The translations under genes and the position numbers were made by a program. Below the pieces are notes generated by a model, which was not told the origin of the DNA, searched no databases, and saw nothing but the letters and a program-made list of their open reading frames with translations. Shown one piece after another: positions 1-14,084 of a stretch of 64,000 bases of DNA. Source of the stretch: Takakia lepidozioides (taxonomy: Eukaryota; Plantae; Bryophyta); NCBI GenBank assembly GCA_030704615.1, contig CM060734.1, forward strand, positions 9,610,001-9,674,000, written 5' to 3'. How positions within the stretch are numbered: the stretch's first letter is position 1; the number at the start of each line of letters is the position of its first letter.

Positions 1-374
1 AGAGACGACACTCTCCCAACAAGTTGAATGAGACTCGGATTGCCAATGCTCTTGGGATGGCTTGCACTATTCAGAGCTCCGTGGACGTACCCCCACCCGG
101 CCTTGGGCGTGTTTATCGGATGGCAACGGCCGGCTCAGCTGTACGCGACGACGTATACACAATTACGATTGGAGTGGAGCCGACTTGCAATTGTACGGAC
201 TTCTCGTTGATGGAAGCAAAGAAGGGATCAAAGTAGTATCCGTGCAAGCATCTGTATTACATTTACCTGAAGAGGTTGAGGATGAACTTGACTATTGATG
301 ACTTTATTCATGCACCAGCGTTGAGCGTGAACGAGCTGCACAAACTCCTCTGCCGGGATTCCAGAAATCATTGA
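1..374 (+). pseudogene. C-terminal SWIM zinc finger of a Mutator-like transposase (begins before the window)
   Basis: Reads YTITIGVEPTCNCTDF...GSK*YPCKHLYYIYLKRL...DDFIHAPALSVNEL, i.e. a CxC...CxH SWIM motif with an internal TAG at 234-236. Homologous to the C-terminus at 51100-51329 (YDITVSNFPNCTCPDF...IPCKHLYFIFLRR...DNFIHQATMSFNEV). Confidence 0.8.
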
Positions 375-1672
375 TGGGGCAAAGGGAATCCACCATATGG
401 ATATTTGCAATTGCATTTTGATGCATTAGACTTTGTTTTGCAGTGTAATGAATTGCACCCCAAAACTCCTGGAATGAGACAGACAATATTAAAGTGATGT
501 CTTTTAAACACTATGGACTGCTGGATATCCATTGACGTCTAATGGCAATTCAATGTCGAAACAGAATCAATACAAAGATGGCGGCAGGAAAATTTGCAAT
601 CTTCCAGAAAATTGAGTTCCAACAGTTGCAGTTGAGGGGGCCATTTCTGGAAAAATGGCGCCGAATTTCCAGTTACATGGCCCAAAACTGCCCAACATTT
701 GTGCAATGCCCGGCACCATGTACCGAAATTCGGCACCACATTTCCAAATTTTGGGCTTACACTTCAATCAAGTTGGGACCTATAACCGCGAAATTCGGCG
801 CCATTTTTGCAAATGTCGCTCGGAATTCGCATGAGCGGAAGACGAAATATCATGAGCACTGCTCTCAAAACTACAATTTCTACTTCAAACAATGAATATT
901 ATATTGGTTTTGTTTTGTTTTGTTTGTTTTGTTTGTTTTTTTTGACACATTCCATTAAAATAATGTTTTTAATGTTTTTTATTTCCAGAATTTGTACTTC
1001 TGCTCATGAAAATCGATTGTCTTACTACTCCGCTCATGCCACTCATGCCGCTCATGCTCATGAAATAGCTAACCTCCCCACCATGGGCTGTATTCTTGGC
1101 CAAATGGCCTGATTGTTGCTTTGACGGGTGCAGCACCTCAAGCAGATGAAAAGTTCTGTCCGCCACGCTCATCCGTTTCCAACCCGCCACCAAAATTTCG
1201 AAAAAAAATAAAAAAAAATAAAAATTGTGACACATGTCAAAAAATTGGGCCCCACCCGCAACGGTGGGGTTTTCGCAGATCTGGCGTGATGGGCCCGAAA
1301 TTTGGCATGCAAGGGCAGGGGGTAGGTGGGGAGAGATTATCCAGTCAATTTTCCAAAATTGTAAAAAAATAAAAAATTACGAAGGATTTCGTGGCAAGGG
1401 GTCTGGTTTTTCGTGGAAAGTCAAAAATGCCTGCGGGCGTTTATGGTTTCCAGGAGACCCGTTTACTCCTGGGCCCATGAGACCCATTTCAGGTTTTGAT
1501 GAAGTACATTTTTTTTAATGTATTTTTTACAAAAAAATTAATGGTTCCAACTGATTTAAAATTCAACATGGCCCACCTTTATCGATCCTTCTATATACCA
1601 CCCGCAATGTACTATTGGATTGAAAGTACTCCAACATGACGTAGCCTACTCTATGTGGCCACACGGATAGTA

Positions 1673-2722
1673 CTACCCCAGAATATCATCCGGAGGGTCA
1701 TCTTCCGGACTGTAATAGGGCGGGGGAGGTGCCTCCGAAACTGCAAGCGTTGGGTTAATCGCAATGTATGAAGGAAGCGCCATCTCTGGCATCTTCGCAC
1801 GTTGTACTTGACGATGCATGTTGTCATGTTCTTTCCCTAAGTTGATCGCATCTGCTAGTGTAACAGGTCTCTGTTGCAACACAAACAAGTGAATATCCTC
1901 TCGTAACCCACTCAGAAAGCAATCTTTCAGAACCCCATCATCCAAGGGTGTTAGAGGATTCTGTAATCGCATTAGCTCTTTGAAACGCGTCTCAAAATCA
2001 ACAACTTCCTCGTTTGGTCCCTGTCTAATTCTGGCAAGGGCCATAAGAACACTTGTAAACTGATGTACTGCTCTGAAATGATTTAGAAAATCATCTCTAA
2101 ATTGAGCCTAAAGTTGAAATGAACCCCCGTTTTGCTGCCAATACCAAGTCAATGCTCTACCCCTTAAAGTCGTAGGGAACCAGATCAACCAATAAGCATC
2201 ATCTAAAGCTTGATTGGAGTAATTTTGGATAAATTTTTTGACATGATATTCAGGGTTTTCCTGTGGTTCACCAGAAAACCAAGGCAAGTGACCTGGTAGT
2301 GGCAATGGAGCCAACCCTGCTGGCACCACGATTGGGATATCCGGAGCAAGCGGTGCTGGTGGAGGCGCCGGTGCCGGCGGTGCCTGTGGTGGTTGTGGTT
2401 GTGCCATTGGACCTCCTGGGCTCAGCGGTGGGTTAGATGCTGGAATACTGGGTCTAGTTGGGCTTAAAGGTGGAGATGATACTGAGGATTCAGAACCTTC
2501 AGAATCCTATCCATTCAGATCTATATTCAGGTGATCTATGGATTGATTAACCGAAGTCTCATCCGTTTCTTCTTCAGATGTTGTTACTTGAACTGTACTT
2601 CTGGGTAATTGAAAAAATCTTTCTCTAATTGCTGCACGAAATATTCTACGTCTAAGTCTAGGATCTGTCTCTCCAGAATCTATATTAGGACTGTGATGCG
2701 AACTAGAAGCAAAATTCGACAT
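1673..2722 (-). pseudogene. Ty3/Gypsy gag, disrupted; downstream pol absent
   Basis: LPWFSGEPQENPEYHVKKF...FPTTLRGRALTWY...LARIRQGPNEEVVDFETRF...FLSGLREDI is a retrotransposon capsid signature. Three in-frame ORFs separated by stops, downstream of a PBS and LTR. Confidence 0.85.
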
Positions 2723-2965
2723 TCATCTTTGCTAGTTGGTTTATCATGTTAGCGTTGCCTACACTATCAAGGCTCCCATCCCCTAATTGACACGAAGAGA
2801 TGGTGTGGTAATGTCATTCGTACTATTCTCTCAAATGACACATCTGATCGTTGCTACCATTGTTCTTTCTGCACAACCATTTTCAATCATTGAGAATACT
2901 TCATAAAACGGTTTATCATCAAAACAACAAGCAAGATTTTAAAGAATTCAAAGCAACTAGTCTAT

Positions 2966-2983
2966 CTCTCAGCATACGCACCA
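2966..2983 (-). promoter_or_regulatory. Putative primer-binding site
   Basis: Minus strand TGGTGCGTATGCTGAGAG begins a few nt inside the LTR end (...TTGACA) and upstream of gag. Confidence 0.55.
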
Positions 2984-2989
2984 ACAATA

Positions 2990-5900
2990 TGTCAACCATT
3001 AATGCACCCCATTAACAGTTGCATACTTAATTTAGGGTTCGTGTTAGACAAAGCTAGGTTAGGTCCCGAAGGCGCCGCCTAGCCCCAAGGGTGCTGCTAA
3101 TGTGGATTATAATTTTTTCTATGTTATAAGTGTTTGCGTTTGTAATTTGTAACCAACAGTTAGTACTAACTTATTGACATATTTACGAAAATAATAGTCC
3201 ATAAATAAATAATGCGAATGTATAATTACCTCGGTGTAGAGAGTTATGTTATTTTAGAGGAGAGATATTTTAGTGTAAATATTAGTTATTCAGTAAACAA
3301 CAAAAATTAATTTCAATTAACCAACTTTATTATTGTTTTTCTTTGAATAATTTTATGTATATGTTTAAAAGATAGAGATATTGATTTATTTAGTTTTTAC
3401 TAGTTCCCATTAATTTAGGTGAGTCAAGAATATCTAGTCAATTAAATCATTCTAAGGAAAAGATCAGCCCAACAAACAATATTAATATAACCAAAATAAA
3501 AGAAGAGAATCAAAACCAACTACAAGGAAGCAGTGTGGCTATTAGAATTTGAAACCCGAACCTCGAATGTGCGAGTGAAATTACTAACCGATAAGTCCCT
3601 CAAGTTATATCCAAAACCAACTTTCATATCTAAGTACTTATAGGGCTATTAGAAGGATTCTAAACAAATAAGCAAAACTGAACCAAGTTGCGGCCGGTAG
3701 GAGTTCAACCCCCAACCTCGGAAGTGTAAACTACTAAACTAACCATCAAACTAATCTAGAGATGTTATTACAAAATGGTTTTTCTTAGTTATTTAAACAC
3801 AATAGTCAAATCTCCCTCTTTAACATGGCCTGGCAGTTAGAATTCCCTGTTTAAAAAAATCCATAAGTCCCTACTAGGTTCTTCAATTCACTTGGTGTAA
3901 AACAAAAGCTGTAACCTAAACTTTACTCAACAAGACCATGAAATTAGTTTGTGAATCAAGGTCCATAAAAAGGGTTTAACTCAAATCATTCAAACATATA
4001 TGTCTTTGCAGAATCAGTGCCATGGATATGACAGTCCCAAATTCTGCTAGCATATACTGCATCATAGACTTTTGCTTGCTCCAGTTTAAAAACAACTACT
4101 TTCAAAACTTCTTATTTTATGATCACTAGCTCCAATCTAGCTAATCTTAGGTCCTATGGGAAGTATTAGCCTTATTCTCTGCTATCAACAAGAACTAGCA
4201 TAGACAGCTTTTAAGAACATATTCTAAAGGAGATCAATTTTGTATAAAAGAAATGAGAACCCTTTCCTACATGAAAAATGACCAAAGTCCCCAACATTTG
4301 CAATTGTGTGCTAGTGTAAGAAAAACTGATTTCAAAAATTAATTTCTGAGGATACAAAGCTTTGATTTCACTAATGTCAGATTCTATTGGGAGAATTATC
4401 CTTATTCTCTGCTATAAAAAAGAACTAGCATGGAAATAAATCAATAGGACCCCACTAAAGCAGATATATTTTTCCAACAAATGAGCAGAATCCTAAAGCC
4501 AAGGACTTGAAAAGCAAAACAAGAACTGGATGTCCTACCAGCCCTTGTCTAGATTAGCGTTACACTTGACACTCCGAGAGGGTTGATCAGATCAAGTCAT
4601 CACTTCATTCAATTACAAAGCGGAAAGAACTAGATGCGATTGCAAATCTGGAACAAAATAGTTGTAACTTCGAGTCCATCGCTCACTACTACTGATTCTC
4701 TCTCCATCTTTGTGCTTTCCAACTCCAACGGCTGCCCTCTACCGTGCTCTCTATATCGTGCTAGTCGCTCACTGGTACTCTCTCGATTGATACTACTTCC
4801 TTCCCACTCCCCCAAGCCTTTTTTTATGCTTCTTTTTGGGCCAATAGGAAAATTAGCTCAGAGCAACGCTACAACTCGCTACTTCAAGCATGGGAACCTC
4901 TCCCCGATTCAAAATAACACGGAAAATGGATCTAATGGGAAAACAAGGATAAATGTGAACCGCTGGATATTGGTTGATCAAGGGTAGCGATCCCCACTTC
5001 CCAAACGGATGAATGACATGGATGAGGAGCAACATTCATGAGGACTTAAAACGGCTCATGTATCAATGTAAGTTGGTCATGTCCCTGGATGGATGAAAGT
5101 TACAAATGGATGAAAATTATGAGGAAGAATGAAAATGGATGAACTCAACGGACGGATAAGAGAGCACATGATGGATGGATTTATAGGATGAATGCAAAAG
5201 GTATGACATTACCAGGATGGATGAAATCAGAAGTATCCATGTTTGCTTGGCCAACAAGCTTCCCATTAAATTTAATGATTATCATCCCTTGCACATCGGA
5301 TGCATAACTTTGTTTAGTTTTTGTTATAGTGTAGTTTGAATTATCCTTTTTGAATTCATAGCTTGCGGGAGCTCACTGGTCTAGTGGGGCCGGCATGCCT
5401 CACATATGTGAAGCTAGGATTCCCCCTTTGTTTTTATTCCGCTCTAACGGATGAATGGAGGGTAGGTAGGAACTAGATGAAAGCTAGGCTGGATGAACCT
5501 ATTTTTAATATAGGCTCTTGTTTTATTCCAACAGTCACTTAGGGATGAGGTGTCATCCTAAGCTGCAGTAATCTATGGATGACGGGGCTTGTAATCTGGC
5601 CTACCTATTGTATAAGGACACTTGTCCTCGTGATTATCCACTTGGCTTTCCTATTTAATCAAAGTCTTTGGGCCCTGGCGTGGTGGTGGATTTGATCTTA
5701 TACTATGTACTTGGGATGTGCTAGATAGTGTACTTGTGGTGCTATTGATATATGATGAAAGTGCTATCTCATTGAGTCCTCTGGTGTAGATTCCATCCTC
5801 TTTGCAAAGCAGCTTTACTGACTATATTCCCCTCGTTTAAGCTACTCCCGGTAGAGGAAGGGGAATAACCCCCCGATGCCGGAATCTTGCCTCACATGCC

Positions 5901-6151
5901 AACATACTTGTGCATATTCATTTCTTTATGTGTATTTTATTTGTTGGCTTTGGACGCAAGGGATAGAGGCATTGAGACATCTTGCCTAGGGGGAGAACTA
6001 GCTTATCCATTAAGCCTAGGCTATGGAAGGTTGATGGGCATGATTCATGAAGTCGTGGAAAAAGTATAAAACAACGCCTAAAACAACAACCCCACAATCA
6101 CCGAAGGAAGAGCAAGGACAGAGCCTCTTGTGGCGGAGCCGCTAGTTTTCA
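2990..6151 (-). mobile_element. 5' LTR of the Gypsy element (about 3.2 kb)
   Basis: Plus strand starts TGTCAACC at 2990; this end is confirmed by the inverted copy ending at 35821. The other end (...GTTTTCA at 6151) is inferred only from the TG...CA rule. Confidence 0.6.
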
Positions 6152-7169
6152 CTTAATACTTGCTATTTGATAAACTTGTAATTCAAGATGGTTTTGGAAT
6201 GTTACCAGAGTTGATATCTCATACCAGCTGGTATTGTGGTCATAATACTCATACTCATACCAGTATCTGGAAAAAAAATACATCCACCATTATATAGACG
6301 AGACTGGTATGAAAGTTTTGTGATACGTCTAGTACCAGGACCAGATTGGCATGTAAGAAACTTGATACCAGACACTGGTGTAGACTCCAAGGATGGGATT
6401 TCATGTCTCCAAACCATGTTCTTGAGATTTCTGAGCCTTGACGGTAGGGGATGATTCCATCTGCTGAGACATCTGAGTTCAAATCCACCTCCTTTGAGCC
6501 TTGGGCCCACTACTGGCCCTGTCAACATGAATTTGAAGTTGATATCTGAAGAGCCTGCCTAACAAACGACAGAATGACTCACGCCGCTTAGCCCACATGC
6601 CTGCCCAAAAATCTTGCACATAAAACGCGCCTCCACACACCCCAGCCTCTTGCTTTGTGACACTCCACACCCATCTCCACTTTGATGTCCAGAGGCATTT
6701 TTTCCAACAACCCCAAAGTCTTTGACACTAGATATGTATCACATATTTGACGGCTCCGTCCGGTGTGACAGGGATCCCCACTCAAATTTGGGCTCAGAAC
6801 TCAGGAGTGAGGATGAGAGACCAGCGGGGAAGGATGAGGTGTGAATGCAGCTTCTACTTTGCAGACATGAAGAGCTTCATGCCTCTCTAACGAAAATTAG
6901 AAATGAAGCTCCGGTTGTAGATTACCGATTGCAACAGGGTTACACAGTATGAGAACTCGGGGAACATCATCTATTACGTTTTGAGAACGTGGGAACATCG
7001 AGTGTCTAGGGCTTATTAGGCTATTGCGGATTGAGGTACAAGACACGGAGTGTGATCAGCTCATGTGGAGGCAGAGAGCAGCTACTCAATCTGGCAGAGC
7101 TATGTGAGACCATAGTCCATGGTCGCAACTGGAGTGTGAAGGTCTGCTCCGGAGAGAAGAGCTGTGGCA

Positions 7170-8100
7170 GGGGAGTCAGCCTTTAATGTGGGGTGCTCGA
7201 GGAATAAGGGCATGGCGGAATATCCAAAGGTCGGGCAGGCGGGGGCAGAAGCAGGACACCGGAGTCTCTTTAGGTACACATAGTATAGATGCTTGCAAGG
7301 GCAGTAATGCCAGCTCCGACCTTCGATCTGGGTCAGCTCAATGTCTGAGGGAGAATGCAGGTGACGCAGCCTCGACAGTATCCTCTAAGCATGGAATTAT
7401 GTCTGCTACGGATGGAACATCACAGACATGTTTTGGGGACTTCCCAGCGATTCAGAGAGTTGCCCAACTCAATGCCGGTGATGCCTCTTACCCAGGTACG
7501 GCTATGCCAGCTTCAGAGAAATTAAAAACCTTTGATGCTCGTCTCACCTCAATTCCATTCAATTGCTTTGCACAAGGAAGGTAGCGCTGTCGATTTTCCG
7601 TTAGAGAGAGGAATTCTGCGGTTGGTCTCAAGCGTTTTATATATCTGCAATAATAAGTCTAACTTGGGCGTCGCAAACCCAGCCCAGGCGTAGATTCAAG
7701 TAAGCGATCTTTCATGGCCTCCCATCCGCTGTTACATATTTGCAGCTCTTTCTAGGTCCCGTTGTGTGGATTTTTGCTAGCACTCCTGTTCCCTTCCGCA
7801 TGATCGCCTGGTATGACCGGTAAGGTTTAGGGTTTATGGGCCAGATTCCTGTGGGCGATGATAGATTTCATTCGGAAGTATGTTTGACAAGATGGTACGA
7901 GGAAATTTCCGCATAATAGGGAGTATTCTTTCAACAATCATACCAAGAAGTCTTTTGAAGATGGCACTTGCAGGGAGACGCTATGGTTGGCAACAAATCG
8001 GGAGAGAGCAAGATGGTGCATATCAGGGGCTCACTATCCATACGCACCAGCAGGGCTCGGTAATCTTGATGGCCGCGCATAATATAGATAGCAGAGTACA
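7170..8100 (-). pseudogene. Heavily decayed C-terminus of a SWIM-bearing Mutator-like transposase
   Basis: Minus strand HYCPCKHLYYVYLKRL near 7265-7310, nearly identical to the SWIM at 237-280. Weaker matches KQLNGIEVRR and PTGIWPI to TKRDGKLVRR and PTVWPV of the 47.8-51.3 kb transposase. Confidence 0.5.
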
Positions 8101-9881
8101 AGAATTCTTATCCTTGCGGTTCATGCTATGCAACATAGTGTAGCCTACTGAAATTGTCTTCGGCAGATCTGAACTTAGATGTGCTAACAATGAGGTTGTA
8201 GGGACTTAAGGGTGGATATATTTAAGGCTGTTGAGAGCACAAGAGAGAGAAAATGTACTCTTAAGATGCCGTTCACCGGAGCCTTGTGGCCATAGACCCT
8301 GCGCCCAGTTTGGGCGGAAGAGAGAGAGAGTGTGTGTGTGTTACATAGCATGTCAAAGCTAGACAAGGAAACCTGAAACACAATGTCTTGTGTTTACTTT
8401 TTTTTAACAATGTCAGACAGCCTAATTTGGGCACCATCATACTTCTTCCCCCCAGATCTCGCCTCCATACCTCCCTTTACATATCCTTACTGGAGGGGAG
8501 GGGGTGGTGGTCTCATAACAGTAAACACTATTCCCAAAAGGAAGTTGTTACTAGAGTCAAGTATTCAAGCAAGGGCATGCATAGAAGCCCTTGGTTTGCA
8601 AATATATTCCTAGATTCAAAGTAGAGCTAGTCAAGTCCATGTAAAACTCTTAATAGTGTCCACCCTCGTTGTGTGGCCGTGCTAAGCAGCACTTCAAATT
8701 GCTTAAAGAGCCTTAATGAGTACCTTGCTTGTTGCCACAGTTCAGCAGTAAGGTGACTGCTCCTTTAGCTCTTGCCTGCTCGTCTTCCAAATGAGAAGAT
8801 CGGCCAGGACTTCTGAGCTTACAGGGCAGCTGCTGTAGGTGAAGACTTGAGGAAAACCGTAATGAGTCGTTCTGTTTTCCGTTTTTCCGTTCTGTTTTAG
8901 GTGAAAAATTCTGAACGGAAATAGACCATTCTTTGACTGGTGTTACCAAAAACTTAGCCACCATAAGATAAAAGCAAGACAGAGAGGTTACTGTTGTTAT
9001 GTCAAGACAAGATATGACTGATTCATACAAAATCAGTTTAGAATTTTAATGACATCTTCTGCCTCAAACAGGACCCATCATGCTTTACAGGCTCTTCTTT
9101 ATTTTCAGCTTACCTTTAGTCTGGGGGGGGGGGGGGGGGGGTAGAGACCAAGTCCCTTTTGGTTCCCACAGCCAGAGAAGTTTAACACCACCTTGATAGT
9201 CCAGCAAACAAGAGTACCACATCAGATACTACCCAAGCCAAAGCCAAATCGAGAGGGTGTCATTGTCAACCCACTCTCTCTCCCCTCTCTGATTTACGCA
9301 GAGATAGAGAGAGAGAGAGATTCTTCAGTTTCCAGCTGTACATAAATTGTGCCTTTTTTATGGTTAGTTGGGTCACTTGTATGACCCACATATGAAGTGT
9401 TGTGCTGGGTGCTATCTGCTTTATCTTATGATTATGGAGGTGGATATCCAAATCATGTATTGTCACTTTCATGCATGATTAACCCCTCCGTAATTTTCTT
9501 GAATGTGCAGATCTACATGTGGCCAGGCACAGAGATGAGGGACAGCCATACTGTTGGACGATTGGCTGGATTCATGAAATTAAGCACAAAGGTAGGTGGT
9601 TATTTTCCTATTGCAACAGTTCGTATGTGAAATTTTCTTTACAAGAAATCTACCTTAGCGGTGTTTTAATTCTATGCCTGTCTTCTGAACGTTTCTTACA
9701 TTGAAATTCCTAGATAACCTGAAGGGACATTTGAGGTGGTAGCTCATCACTGCTGCACCATTTTGGTAATGTTGTAGCTGACTGCATCTGTCATAGAGCT
9801 AGTTGCTGGAATATGCTTGGACACTTTGCAATGGTCATCATAGTAATGACTTCATGGCCATTGTATGCGTGTGATCAATAG

Positions 9882-11955
9882 GGCATTTCAACAAGGGTGC
9901 AGTCTTATCAACCTCCATCTTCAGATGGGGTTGAGCAGCCAGTCCGGTCACCTCTGTCACAAGCTCCAGGGCCAATGGACAATGTTGAAGGAATCCCAAA
10001 GGCAGCAGTCTCCAGGAAGGAGTCACAGGCAATTCTAACCATGATCAAGCAGGTAGAGACGTAGTGTCTATCTGTATCATTCTGGAACCAGAGTGGTAGC
10101 AGAAAAACGAGTTATGATATTATGTTTTGTTTAAGGATGCAGACAAGCTTGGTCAATAGGATGAGGCTTACAGGGGAGGGTAAATTTTGGGTGGCTGGTG
10201 GAGATAGAGTCCAAAGAAGGTGAATCTGGTAGCTGAGCTAGTGCGGGGCATGCATGTAGATGATGCCCTCTTGCAGATGGCTGTTTCTCCTAAGCGGGCT
10301 GCAAAGGTTGTTTCCAAGGTATGCTTTTATGTTCCCCTCTGTGCCTTTGATTGTGTGTAGTCCTGCGAGTAATGCCTTGTCATTAGGGAGAGGGGTACTG
10401 ACCCCAGTGAGATGAACCTATTTAGTTGAGTGGTAATTTTACCTTTATGACTAATCTCATCATGGATAGGTCCATATCAAAGTTGGTGGGAATACACCCC
10501 TGAGGTCCTCATCTCTGTGGGGGTTGAAAATCACCAATCGAGTGGGGAGTTTGAGCCTACAAGGATACCGAATACAACCTGAACGCCTGTGCACCTGTGA
10601 CAGCAATGGTCTCATAGCAAATCAAGTGCTGGCTGGAGTGACATGAATGTTCCAGAAGTGCTACTCTAATCCTCCTCCTTAAATGTATAGTGACGCAGGT
10701 CTAGTGCTTGTTACACTAGCTCGGAAATGCTGTTTGATGTTAAAACAGAACAGACATTTGGGGGATGAGAGGAATGTACAGTCAGGGCCTTCTGCAGTAT
10801 AACTTTTTACTTGAAAGGCTACTTGTATTCGTCAGAGCAGGTCTAGAGAACCTTATTTGGGAGTTTGCCACTTAATTTGATTCTTGCTTCAGCCACTCTC
10901 ATATGTACTTCGGGCTGTCTCATCCCCTTTCTAACCCGGAAGCTCAATATTGAAATCTCTTCATATAAAGTCCCTGTGGTCTTTTATGGGTTCAATTTGA
11001 ATCCGCGTTCCTTTTGTTGTTTGTATCCTTGTCTACTTTGTCCTTGCTTCATTTTCATTCTCTTTTTCCTTTTCTTTGCCGTTTGTTTCTGGTTTTCTCT
11101 TCTGAATATCTCTCTTATCGTGTATCAGATCTTCTTAGTACTTTTTTGGTTACCTTTAATTGTAAGTACTTATAAGGACGTTATAAAGTCGCCCTGTGGT
11201 CGTTTGTGCTTTTACAGGTGGTAAGTTCAGCTCGTGCAAATGCAGTACACAATTTTGGTTTGAACAAGGACCGCCTCATTGTGGGTGCGTTACATTACTG
11301 CCTTCTTCCCTGCTTCTTTGTGTGTTTTCGTGAAATTGAATCTTCGTCCTTGTCAATCTAGTGCTGTTTTGCATTTCTTCAGGGCTGTTTAACTCTTATC
11401 TCCTCTGTCATAGCTCATATTCACTTGGATTAGCAGTATCAGTCTCAGCCTCATGGGTCATATCTGTGGCGAGGTAGGGATACTCGGGCTTGATTTATCA
11501 AGCTTTCTAGTATGATGTCAATACCAGCTCTTAATCTCACACTCAACTCCATTCAACATTAGGGACCATGCCATTACAGAAAAATCATAGCCAATTTACA
11601 GAGCTACCTATTTCTCCCCCTTTCTTGTCCCTTTTCATATTGGCTCCAGAACTTCACTGTGCTCTGCCTGTGTCCAGCTGAGGCATTTGTGGGCAAGGAC
11701 AAGTATCTACATCGCTTGAGGATGCATGGAAAGGGGAAAGCTGGGAAAATGGTGCGCCCTCGGTGTAGGCTCACTGTTATTCTCAAGGAGTTGTCTTCCG
11801 AGAAGGAGGCTGACCTGGCAAGGTTGCGTGTCGAAAAGGCCCACGGCAGACCCCCTCATTCGGCCAATGCCAAACTGGTGCCTCATCGTGTTCTCCAAAC
11901 GCAATGGCAGTGGGCTCGCAAGGCTTCCAAGGGAAGACAACCTTCTGTTGTTTAG
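9882..11955 (+). CDS. RPL22: Mitochondrial ribosomal protein uL22m, nuclear-encoded. Exons 9882-10052, 10208-10318, 11218-11284, 11678-11955; N-terminal targeting exon(s) upstream uncertain (possibly 9511-9591)
   Basis: Spliced product GISTR...SQAILTMIKQ|SPKKVNLVAELVRGMHVDDALLQMAVSPKRAAKVVSK|VVSSARANAVHNFGLNKDRLIV|AEAFVGKDKYLHRLRMHGKGKAGKMVRPRCRLTVILKE. GT-AG junctions with consistent phases. Confidence 0.92.
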
Positions 11956-13290
11956 AAATGATTCACTGGCCATGAGGCAGATCCTGTAAATGAGCAAGTT
12001 TTTGTTACCCAGCATACAATATTGAGTCCATTGAGTAGAGTTGGTCAGTGCAACAGATTCCATTAAATTGCTTTGGTCATATCTGTGCTTTATTTGAGGC
12101 CATGGCCCCTGGAGGGTTTTGAATTCCACCGGAGTCCATATCTTTGCAGGTGGATTACTATAGAGTCTGAAGTTTCAGATTCTGTGGATTTCGATTTTTG
12201 TTTCCACTGCCCAAATACCCAGAAAGCTGTCCGAGTCTGAAACACAATTTAACATAATTCGAAAAAACAATCCATTGAATGGTGTTGTCAGTGTGGTTCA
12301 ATAGTGCCACAGACTGCGTGCAATGTCAGTCAGCTTGTCCAACTTCAAAAATTTTGAGGACACAAAGCAGAAAAGCGAAGGATTGCGATCCCTTTTTTTA
12401 TCCCTCCCTCCTTGAACCTTTCCTATTGCCCCTTGTGGGTTTCTTTTAATAAAGTTATGTTGTTATTGAAAGCACTAATCCACACAAATAGTATCAGCAT
12501 GAGGTGTATAATATGGCCCCTGCAAGGTTATTTCTTCCCAATGGAATCTAGTCTTTTGGGCATGTAAATTCTTCATAATAGTGGCGTCCTAGTGTTGCTT
12601 TGGTTTAAAGTTTATACTCTTAGAAGCCCTAGGATTGCGACATACAGGAGAGCAGTGCAGGTAGGGATGCAGCCCCAAGATGATGAGGCTCATACAAATT
12701 TGTAGAAAATGATGCATCCACAACAACCACCCGGCATACCCACTCTACAGAAGAAGAATCCAAAACCCATAAAGAATACTCTCCAGGGAGAAAAAAATCC
12801 TGGAAAACAATAGGAATAATGTGAGAACTTGCATGCGATCTGATGCTGGTTTCTATTGGTCTCCATAGGGTGCCAACTTTGGACCAAACTAACTAAGGGT
12901 TGTAAGACTATAAACATATGTATATCAATATATGAATCGAGACGTTTGTTTTGTTTTGTTTTGTTTTGTTTCGTAGTGTCGTTGAGATCTCCCAAACCAC
13001 GGGGCCCAGCCCCGGTGCTTGGTGCCTTGGAAAGCCCTCGATGAGGAGGGGTGCACCGGCTTGGTCTCATGATTTTTGGACGGGCGGTGTGGGAGATATG
13101 GAATTTCAAGTGCTTTGGGTCGCTGGAAATTCGGGAAAAATAGCAAAGTGGACTTTCCTGGAGCAGTGATTGGCCCTTCACGTGGGAGATTTCAATATAT
13201 TAAGCCTCGACAGGGGAGATTGCAAAATAGCACGAAGAAGAGAAAAAAAAAAAAAAAAAAAAAAAACATGAAAAATAGCCAAGTCCAAAC

Positions 13291-14084
13291 CAGTGTTGTA
13301 CCGGTATATAGGGTATTCCCTGGTATGTGCACAGGTATATGCAATGGTATCAAGGACCCCACCAGCCTGATATCAACCAAGAGAAATACCCCGGCTATGC
13401 ACAAGTTGCCCCCAATAAGTCCCAAATTAATACCCTGGCTTCTACCATACCAAATTAATGTCATACCCTTGTAGATACCAGTACTCCCCCCTCGGTGTGG
13501 CGAAGTCCCTCGAGTATTTGCTGTATAGCATAGGTGGGGGGGGGGGCGCTTCTTCAATGTCCAGTGTAGTGGCTGTAAATTTTACTGCAGATGCTGATTT
13601 GGTCGAGGATCATGAAGATGAATTGCAAGAGGCTGGATATTTTGATGACTTGGGAGATTAGACTTCTTAGCATGCTACTAATGGGATTGATTCCATCTAA
13701 AATTGAATCAAATTCTGCAACCACTCAATTGTTCTAGAGGCACTTACAATTGTATTTATGGTGACTTCAAGAAAATACTTCTTTGATTTAAAATATCTAT
13801 TCAGGGATTTTGTTACAACAAATTTGCTCTTATTATTTTAAGGTCTGCAATGATCTTATTTAATAACAGACCCGGATATATGTATCACTGGTATCACCCA
13901 AACAACTACTCTATATTTATACCAGATCAAACAAAACTACTCACTTCTATTTATTTATACCAGTCCAGTATCTAATTTTTTTAAATTAATCTAATACAAG
14001 GACCTGCCATATGTCAAATTTAGTCCATAATTCAATACCAGTACTAGTCTGGTATGCCCAAATTTTAATATTGGTACAACACTG
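13291..14084. mobile_element. Non-autonomous hAT element (794 bp)
   Basis: Perfect 12-bp TIRs CAGTGTTGTACC / GGTACAACACTG and 8-bp TSD GTCCAAAC (13283-13290, 14085-14092). Confidence 0.9.

Noticed and set aside
539-1560. Short ORFs and a possible terminus of the first MULE
   Set aside because: The ORFs lack motifs, and the opposite end lies outside the window so a TIR cannot be verified.
6200-6530. hAT-like end (CAGAGTTG..., ATACCAG repeats similar to the 13.3-kb MITE)
   Set aside because: No matching second TIR or TSD found.
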